Below, piece by piece: positions 31,919 through 37,543 of a stretch of 37,543 bases of DNA. Origin of the DNA: a virus (taxonomy: Duplodnaviria; Heunggongvirae; Uroviricota; Caudoviricetes); the IMG/VR virus record IMGVR_UViG_3300048904_000041, positions 1 through 37,543 of that record, one strand, 5' to 3'. How positions within the stretch are numbered: the stretch's first letter is position 1; each line of letters opens with the position of its first letter. The notes beneath the pieces were generated by a model. That model searched no databases and had not been told where the DNA came from. It saw only the letters and a program-made list of their open reading frames with translations. The position numbers and the translations under genes were made by a program.

Positions 31919-32232
31919 CCATTTATTTTACTCATGTGGTGATCTATCACTTCCTTTGCATCTGCGATTTTGTTGAACGTGTAGTCGCAGAACACTTGGT
32001 TATCATCAGACACGACATAGACACGACCAGACTTGTCTGAGTACAAGTCACAGCCTTTGTACTCGGCGTCATGAGTAACCCAAATTGCATTCATTTCAGC
32101 AATCTTGTTAAGGGCTTGATGAATCATTGGGTAAACAATCTGTTCACCGCGTGGGTTAGTGACGTAGTGCCCACCATTCACCATCATGAACACTTTGTAA
32201 CCATCGTTTGACTTTACGGCTTGACAAATCAT
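31915..32232 (-). CDS. Hypothetical protein, 105 aa
   Basis: AAGGTG RBS. Confidence 0.7.
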   Translation of the reverse strand: MICQAVKSNDGYKVFMMVNGGHYVTNPRGEQIVYPMIHQALNKIAEMNAIWVTHDAEYKGCDLYSDKSGRVYVVSDDNQVFCDYTFNKIADAKEVIDHHMSKING

Positions 32233-32233
32233 T

Positions 32234-32473
32234 TCACACCTTCATATAGCGTTGCATGTGGTTCATCATGGCAGAAACAGCCACACCTTTGGGAACCGGT
32301 TGTGTTACAGGACTACGGTTGATGGTAGTAACGAACAGACCGGACTCTACCTTAACCACTGCAAGAGTGTCAAGCCATTCATGTTCAGTTGTCTGCATTT
32401 CAGCTTCAAAGACGACTTGACCTTGAATGCGTTGGTTGTCGATGGTCATTGTAACGCGATCATTCATAGACAT
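32234..32473 (-). CDS. Hypothetical protein, 79 aa
   Basis: Operon context. Confidence 0.65.
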   Translation of the reverse strand: MSMNDRVTMTIDNQRIQGQVVFEAEMQTTEHEWLDTLAVVKVESGLFVTTINRSPVTQPVPKGVAVSAMMNHMQRYMKV

Positions 32474-32526
32474 TTCAATAACTCTTTACAGGCCGACAGT
32501 AGCGATAGAGCCGAAGCGGGTTGTTC

Positions 32527-32877
32527 TCAGTAGGTGTTCACCGCCTGAATGACAGGGATACCATGGTGGCTACTCTCAGTGTCTACGGACAGCACGAAAC
32601 CATCAGTGAAGTGAATGTGTACGACGTTTACAGAACTGGCATCAACGCTTGCCACAGTGCGACCTAAAGCCTTGTCAAAACCCCGCATTTCATCCTCATT
32701 GATGAATTCGAAGTCCTCACGAAGGATGAACCAGAAGTCAGAGCTATCAAGCTTCTCAGCATAGTATTCATCATCAAGGTCGGCACCGTGACATTTCAGT
32801 CTTACATGCTCACCCACTTTAAAGTCGTGATAACGGGATTCTTTGACGATTCGAACGATACTGTCATACAGACTCAT
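32527..32877 (-). CDS. Hypothetical protein, 116 aa
   Basis: GAGG RBS. Confidence 0.7.
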   Translation of the reverse strand: MSLYDSIVRIVKESRYHDFKVGEHVRLKCHGADLDDEYYAEKLDSSDFWFILREDFEFINEDEMRGFDKALGRTVASVDASSVNVVHIHFTDGFVLSVDTESSHHGIPVIQAVNTY

Positions 32878-32881
32878 TTGA

Positions 32882-33190
32882 TTACCTCAGCAGTTGATTT
32901 AGTTTGGTTGTCAGGTCATTACTTGACTTGCTACCGTTGTGCTTATCAGGGTGTACCAGACGTCGAATAGCCTTGAGTTCATCAGTCGTGAACTGAGAAC
33001 TGGCACCGGCGAACCCGTAAATCTCACCATGGTCTAAGAACGCTTGACCTCCTTTAGCGTTCACTTTCGAAACAAGATCATCCCATTTGGCACGTAACCG
33101 TGTAATTTGAGCAGCAAGTAAAGCAACTTGAAGCTGTGCATCATTACGGTCATTCACCACCTTGTCATGTTTACTCTTCGACACGAACAT
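32882..33190 (-). CDS. Coiled-coil protein with C-terminal HPD (J-domain-like) motif
   Basis: ELKAIRRLVHPDKHNGS; GAGGTG RBS. Confidence 0.6.
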   Translation of the reverse strand: MFVSKSKHDKVVNDRNDAQLQVALLAAQITRLRAKWDDLVSKVNAKGGQAFLDHGEIYGFAGASSQFTTDELKAIRRLVHPDKHNGSKSSNDLTTKLNQLLR

Positions 33191-33344
33191 GTGTCACCTC
33201 AACGATTTCCGAGTCTGGAAAATCTTCGCGTGCCATATCGATAGCACGGGCACGATTTGGTGTACCGTATTTAATTGCAAAGTTGAAACTTTCACCATTT
33301 ACAGAATCGGAGAAAAGAACACGTGATTCAAAACGAAAATACAT
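33171..33344 (-). CDS. Hypothetical protein, 57 aa
   Basis: Manual translation MYFRFESRVLF...; AAGGAG RBS. Confidence 0.55.
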   Translation of the reverse strand: MYFRFESRVLFSDSVNGESFNFAIKYGTPNRARAIDMAREDFPDSEIVEVTHVRVEE

Positions 33345-33784
33345 GGTCAACGTAGTTGCTCCTTAAGTTTAGCTTTCGACAAATTAGTTGGTTCGACAGT
33401 ATCGAAAGTTACGATCCATATTTGATTAACAAGTTTGGTACGCATAAACACGATGCCGTCATTTTCACCGAGTTTCCCGAACAATCGAATGTTTTTCATA
33501 ACTAACTCAAACTCACCAAACTAACGCATAATTAATAGAAGTTGACTATGCTGCATGATTTGAAACAAAGTCAATACTACACTAGTTCCGCCGGGTAAAG
33601 CAAGAATATATTTAAGCACTCAACACCTTTACAATTACATCAAACAAACCTTTATGATAAGCCCACGCAATACTAACAAGTAGTACGTCAGCAGCCAAGA
33701 TCCACACACCAATTTCTTTTAATTCTTTATCCATTTCAGATGCTCCTTTGTTATGTGTTCAGTATAGCACCTGAAACGGTGGTG

Positions 33785-34036
33785 TCAAGGGATTTGTTCG
33801 TCTTTAATTTCTTTCGTTTCGAATTCGATAGACACGATTTCAAAAACTGTCTCACCGATTTGATATTTGTCAAGCCACTTGTTCAGCTTTTGTTCATCAT
33901 CCCAATTGTTGAGGAACTCAGCATAGACAGCTTTGGTATTTTGATCAGCGTTTACACTAGCTGGAGCTGTGTCCACGATGTAATCAGAGCAGGTTGACAT
34001 TGTACATACGATTGCGATGGATGCAAAAATTGACAT
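33785..34036 (-). CDS. Hypothetical exported/membrane-anchored protein, 83 aa
   Basis: Hydrophobic N-terminus with Cys; GAGGTG RBS. Confidence 0.7.
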   Translation of the reverse strand: MSIFASIAIVCTMSTCSDYIVDTAPASVNADQNTKAVYAEFLNNWDDEQKLNKWLDKYQIGETVFEIVSIEFETKEIKDEQIP

Positions 34037-34080
34037 GTTACACCTCTTGTTTGATTTACCAGTGTTTGTAAGATTTGTTG

Positions 34081-34108
34081 ATTATAGCCTTTTTGGTAAG
34101 CTTGTCAA
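34081..34108 (-). promoter_or_regulatory. sigma70 promoter
   Basis: TTGACA-16 nt-TATAAT. Confidence 0.85.
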
Positions 34109-34109
34109 C

Positions 34110-34316
34110 TTATTTGAACATTGTATAACCATGGGCGTGCAGCATCTTTACATGAACTTCATTACGACGACTAACCACACCGTTCACGTATGCACGTGTC
34201 CATAGATCACCGTTACCTTCATCGTTTATTTCAACAGTCCACTCATGTGCACCTTGAGCGTACTCAAGCACAACCTGACCAGCATCAATAAACTTAATCA
34301 CTTCTTGGCTTACCAT
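34110..34316 (-). CDS. Hypothetical protein, 68 aa
   Basis: GAGGTG RBS. Confidence 0.7.
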   Translation of the reverse strand: MVSQEVIKFIDAGQVVLEYAQGAHEWTVEINDEGNGDLWTRAYVNGVVSRRNEVHVKMLHAHGYTMFK

Positions 34317-34346
34317 GTTACACCTCTTTATCAGTTTGTGACGCCC

Positions 34347-34374
34347 ATTCTACACTAGTTAGAAAAGGCGTCAA
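34347..34374 (-). promoter_or_regulatory. Early sigma70 promoter
   Basis: TTGACG-16 nt-TAGAAT. Confidence 0.8.
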
Positions 34375-34383
34375 CCATTATTT

Positions 34384-34635
34384 TCACAGTACCGGCTTAA
34401 ATTTGCAAAGGATGTGCGGTGGGGCAATGAACTGCAAAGCGTAAGCCTGTGCGTCCTCAATGTTGCGAAAGGGTGTAAACTCCCAATCCACTCCCACACC
34501 ACCTGAGTGGGTGCTAACCTCAAAGTGACACCCCTTGTAAACTGGCTCTTCACTCTCATAGATACGTGCTACACGATCATACGGCACTTTGTAGGCCAGA
34601 TAAGTAGCAGTGTACACAGCAATACGACGACTCAT
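34384..34635 (-). CDS. Hypothetical protein, 83 aa
   Basis: AAGGGTG RBS before MSRRIAV. Confidence 0.65.
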   Translation of the reverse strand: MSRRIAVYTATYLAYKVPYDRVARIYESEEPVYKGCHFEVSTHSGGVGVDWEFTPFRNIEDAQAYALQFIAPPHILCKFKPVL

Positions 34636-34645
34636 GATATCACCC

Positions 34646-34858
34646 TTAAGCTTTGGTAGGAAGGTTGTTAAACCACTGAGCGTAGGCACGACGTCCCATT
34701 TTCTGCTCAAGTGCTTTGTTCATTGCATCAAACATGATAGAGGGCCACTTTGGATCATTCCAGTCGTCAATGATGGACGCTTGAAGACCTTCAACACTCA
34801 TCATGGCGGCCTTGCGTGCCATTTGTGCAACGTGCTTCCTGTATTCACGGTTACCCAT
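34646..34858 (-). CDS. Hypothetical protein, 70 aa
   Basis: GAGGTG RBS. Confidence 0.65.
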   Translation of the reverse strand: MGNREYRKHVAQMARKAAMMSVEGLQASIIDDWNDPKWPSIMFDAMNKALEQKMGRRAYAQWFNNLPTKA

Positions 34859-34972
34859 TTTGCTCACCTCTCATCGTTAGATAAAGTGGCAGCTTGGCGG
34901 CTATCCAATCATACGCTTTGTGGGGTGTCCCACCAGTTCCAACCGTCTTGCTGTCTACATGGTCAGTTTACA

Positions 34973-35278
34973 TCATTCACAACCCTTGTCTACTACCGTT
35001 CGTCGACCTATCACATCCAACGACTGCTGACAGTAAATCTTGGTGAAGACCCTAGGCGGTCTACCTTGAAGATTTGGATCATCACCCTTGACACCGGGTC
35101 TACTTTCGAGTAGACGAAGCTTCTGCATGCGTTGCAGCTCGTTAGAGACCGCTTTACTAACATCGATGTCACCGAATTCATACAAGCCGTTCATGCTTGA
35201 CAAAACCTGAGTTACAGTGAACGGTTTATCAAAGCTGGCAACTGTCATTTTAATGCATTGACGTAGAAAATCATTCAT
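34973..35278 (-). CDS. Putative winged-HTH protein (start uncertain, 35278 or 35293)
   Basis: FTVTQVL..SKAVSNELQRMQKLRLLE...GRPPRVF wing motif. Confidence 0.55.
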   Translation of the reverse strand: MNDFLRQCIKMTVASFDKPFTVTQVLSSMNGLYEFGDIDVSKAVSNELQRMQKLRLLESRPGVKGDDPNLQGRPPRVFTKIYCQQSLDVIGRRTVVDKGCE

Positions 35279-35537
35279 CACTTGCGTCGTCATGGTTAAT
35301 AATGTTGATGATATCTTGTAGTGTGTTGACCAATCCAGCCGGGTCAGTAGCGGCGAACACTTCCAAGCGTTCACACATTTTAATCTTGACACCGATTGAT
35401 TGACCTGTGAGTGACATGCTATCAATCAACGCACCAAACGCATTAGTTAAAACCACCTTCTGATGTTTGTCGGCAGCGCTTCGGGTCAAATGAATGGTAC
35501 CGTCAGAAGTTTGGTATGCTTCGATTAAGCGAGTCAT
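35271..35537 (-). CDS. Hypothetical protein, 88 aa
   Basis: GGGGTG RBS; AYQTSDGTIH motif. Confidence 0.65.
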   Translation of the reverse strand: MTRLIEAYQTSDGTIHLTRSAADKHQKVVLTNAFGALIDSMSLTGQSIGVKIKMCERLEVFAATDPAGLVNTLQDIINIINHDDASDE

Positions 35538-35538
35538 G

Positions 35539-35787
35539 TCACACCCCGTAATAAAATGAACTGGTTTCAATCTTCATGCAATCCCCAAAGTAGGATGCAA
35601 TCCAAATACGTTGACCTTGACGTTCGCAAGTGATGCCGTCGCCTAAGTCTTCCTCACACCAGAAGTCCACACACTCCAGCAAGTACAGACCACGATATTC
35701 AGCGCCTTCAGTTGGGCACAGTTGGCGAACTTTGTACTTGTTACCACCTTCAAGGAGCATCAGGGTTGTATCAACTTCGAATTTCAT
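35539..35787 (-). CDS. Hypothetical protein, 82 aa
   Basis: GGAG RBS. Confidence 0.65.
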   Translation of the reverse strand: MKFEVDTTLMLLEGGNKYKVRQLCPTEGAEYRGLYLLECVDFWCEEDLGDGITCERQGQRIWIASYFGDCMKIETSSFYYGV

Positions 35788-35868
35788 GATTGCTACTCCG
35801 TTGTTTGTCAGTTGTCTTACTAGCAGAGCCTCATAGTATCATAAGGCTCTACGATAAATCAACTGACG

Positions 35869-36192
35869 TTATTCTTCCTCTTCTTCATCGAGTTCAAATT
35901 CGTCACCGTCGATGAACTCGATACCGCTGGAATCTTCGCGCTCTAGTTGCTCTTCAAGTTCTGCTTGGATTCGGTTTTCTTCTTCACCCTTACCGCAACG
36001 GAAAGCCACCGCGTCAGCATCTTTAAGCAAAGTACCTTGATCGAAAGTCTGACCACACACTTCAACCGTTCCGTAAATGTCGTTCAGGATTTCAGCGTAT
36101 TCGTCATCTGTCAGAGAAACCTCACCACCTGAAACAGTGTAACCGTTGAACTCAGATACGTTTTCGATGTTCCAGAATTGTTGTGCGTTCAT
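35869..36192 (-). CDS. Highly acidic protein, 107 aa (DNA-mimic candidate)
   Basis: 32 Asp/Glu vs 5 Lys/Arg; AAGG RBS; own promoter. Confidence 0.7.
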   Translation of the reverse strand: MNAQQFWNIENVSEFNGYTVSGGEVSLTDDEYAEILNDIYGTVEVCGQTFDQGTLLKDADAVAFRCGKGEEENRIQAELEEQLEREDSSGIEFIDGDEFELDEEEEE

Positions 36193-36254
36193 TTTGCTAT
36201 ACCTTTTAGAGAAGTGGTTGACCTTTTGGTCTGTTGTGTTGCTTTCTGTGGTCT

Positions 36255-36282
36255 ATTCTACACCAGTTAGAAAACACGTCAA
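36255..36282 (-). promoter_or_regulatory. Early sigma70 promoter
   Basis: TTGACG-16 nt-TAGAAT. Confidence 0.8.
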
Positions 36283-36322
36283 CAACTATTTTCATCTTTT
36301 TCAAATCTTTTTCACAGACAAC

Positions 36323-36348
36323 AAAAAGCCCCACAAACGCGGGGCTTT
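36323..36348 (-). terminator. Rho-independent terminator
   Basis: AAAGCCCCGC/GTGGGGCTTT stem followed by TT. Confidence 0.8.
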
Positions 36349-36357
36349 GGGTGAATC

Positions 36358-36705
36358 TTAATCGTTTTTAGGCACCTTGCGACCTGAGAGAACGTTGTTG
36401 ATAACGTACAGGTCTACACGAATTCGATCTTGCTCAGGATTGTTACCACGCTTTACAACGTGGGTGTGGCTATAGTCATTATAACCACAATAGCTGAACA
36501 AGCGCTCTTTATGTTCAATGCCAAGTGCAGCACGACCAGCGTGATAAATATCGGAACAGTAGCGGCTTGCCTCACCTGCACAGTAACCAGCAAGAAGGGT
36601 AATCAATGCCAGTTGCTCAGCCGACAGACCAATAAGGTCGAATGTTTCACTTTCAGGCGTGACAACTTCAACAACTTCAGGTTGGTATACGCGAACTGCT
36701 TTCAT
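36358..36705 (-). CDS. Hypothetical protein, 115 aa
   Basis: Directly follows upstream stop. Confidence 0.65.
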   Translation of the reverse strand: MKAVRVYQPEVVEVVTPESETFDLIGLSAEQLALITLLAGYCAGEASRYCSDIYHAGRAALGIEHKERLFSYCGYNDYSHTHVVKRGNNPEQDRIRVDLYVINNVLSGRKVPKND

Positions 36706-36921
36706 TTAATTAGTACCCAATTTAACTTTATCAAGCATTTCCTGACGAACAACGATACTATAACCGTTGCTCAAGTCCGGGTCGGGAATATCACCGAATG
36801 CTTCAGTGATGGTATGCAATCGATAATACAGATTACTGTTGATATCGGAAACTGCGGTTGATCCCGTCAGAATCAACAAAAGCTTTGCATCTTCTTCCGA
36901 AAGTTCGATGTTGTATTTCAT
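36706..36921 (-). CDS. Hypothetical protein, 71 aa
   Basis: AAGGTGG RBS. Confidence 0.65.
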   Translation of the reverse strand: MKYNIELSEEDAKLLLILTGSTAVSDINSNLYYRLHTITEAFGDIPDPDLSNGYSIVVRQEMLDKVKLGTN

Positions 36922-37053
36922 TTACTTACCACCTTTACTAATCTTGAAGCCCCAACGGCGACCGGTTGCTGCGTCTTTACCATGGTCTACAACCTTACCG
37001 TTCTTGGAACCGAAAGCACGGGCGAGAGTACGGGTAGCGAAGAAAATAGTCAT
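36922..37053 (-). CDS. Hypothetical basic microprotein, 43 aa
   Basis: Manual translation MTIFFATRTLARAFGSKNGKVVDHGKDAATGRRWGFKISKGGK; AGGA RBS. Confidence 0.6.
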   Translation of the reverse strand: MTIFFATRTLARAFGSKNGKVVDHGKDAATGRRWGFKISKGGK

Positions 37054-37094
37054 GTCATTTATTCCTGATTAGTGTTTCGTTGGTTTGTGCAGCA

Positions 37095-37123
37095 AGTTTA
37101 ATCAAAGGTGCTGAGGTTGTCAA
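37095..37123 (-). promoter_or_regulatory. sigma70 promoter
   Basis: TTGACA-17 nt-TAAACT. Confidence 0.75.
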
Positions 37124-37138
37124 CACCTTCTGTTAAAC

Positions 37139-37315
37139 TTACTCAGGTAGACCTTTGAAAGTTTTAGTTTCAGCAGGATTCATACCATTATCATGCTCAG
37201 GGATTGCAAGGTCAAACTGGCGACCATCAATCAATACGCTCAGTAGACGACTTCCGTCGCAGAAGGTTTCGATAACAGCAGGGATAACTACTTGCGCTTT
37301 ATTTGGATTTACCAT
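37139..37315 (-). CDS. Hypothetical protein, 58 aa
   Basis: Manual translation MVNPNKAQVV...; GGAG RBS. Confidence 0.6.
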   Translation of the reverse strand: MVNPNKAQVVIPAVIETFCDGSRLLSVLIDGRQFDLAIPEHDNGMNPAETKTFKGLPE

Positions 37316-37349
37316 TTGTTTTACTCCGTTTGTTTTCCTGATGTCGTCT

Positions 37350-37377
37350 ATTCTACATTGTTCGGTTTCTGTGTCAA
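37350..37377 (-). promoter_or_regulatory. Early sigma70 promoter
   Basis: TTGACA-16 nt-TAGAAT. Confidence 0.85.
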
Positions 37378-37543
37378 GCGGCTTTTTGCATCATTTTCGA
37401 GATATTTGCGAACATGTTAATAGCATCATCAACATTCAGCGGGGTATTAGGATCTTCAAAGATACCTTTGATATTGTTAGCCACTGCACATACAGCGATG
37501 CAATTGCCGGGAACATAACCCTTTGTACTATCAATGCGCTCAA
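37374..37543 (-). CDS. C-terminus of an HNH/His-Me-finger-like protein (runs off window end)
   Basis: Manual translation ERIDSTKGYVPGNCIAVCAVANNIKG... Confidence 0.6.
   Translation of the reverse strand, partial: ERIDSTKGYVPGNCIAVCAVANNIKGIFEDPNTPLNVDDAINMFANISKMMQKAA

Overview
Part of a lytic dsDNA tailed phage genome. The gene content (tRNA cluster beside the terminase genes, RNA ligase, PNK, Prs/Nampt, DNA ligase) resembles large Felixouna/Pakpuna/Otago-like myoviruses. A Pseudomonas-like host is inferred only from the parS sequence variant. Four blocks: (1) 1-5.2 kb, minus strand: terL N-terminus, putative terS, a head-fibre-like gene and a promoter-driven RNA operon with 6 canonical tRNAs (Met, Asn, Asp, Glu, Pro, Thr), an inserted HNH gene, two ~125-nt tRNA-like RNAs with expanded bodies and two further structured non-coding segments. 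(2) A divergent junction at ~5.2-5.45 kb with a winged-HTH gene and 23-bp-period repeats. (3) 5.45-26.7 kb, plus strand: RNA repair (Rnl1, PNK), NAD reconstitution (Prs/Adps + Nampt/Namat), HD hydrolase, dCMP deaminase, DNA ligase, SLOG-like, metallophosphoesterase, macro-like, Toprim, PD-(D/E)XK, cupin, GIY-YIG and many small ORFs. (4) A ~1.1-kb non-coding gap (26.73-27.84 kb, probable genome-end region), then minus-strand early-type small ORFs driven by repeated sigma70 promoter cassettes. Best leads: two full-length chromosomal-type parS sites in non-coding DNA of a lytic phage, and the expanded tRNA-like RNA pair. All assignments come from manual reading; no database search or folding program was run.
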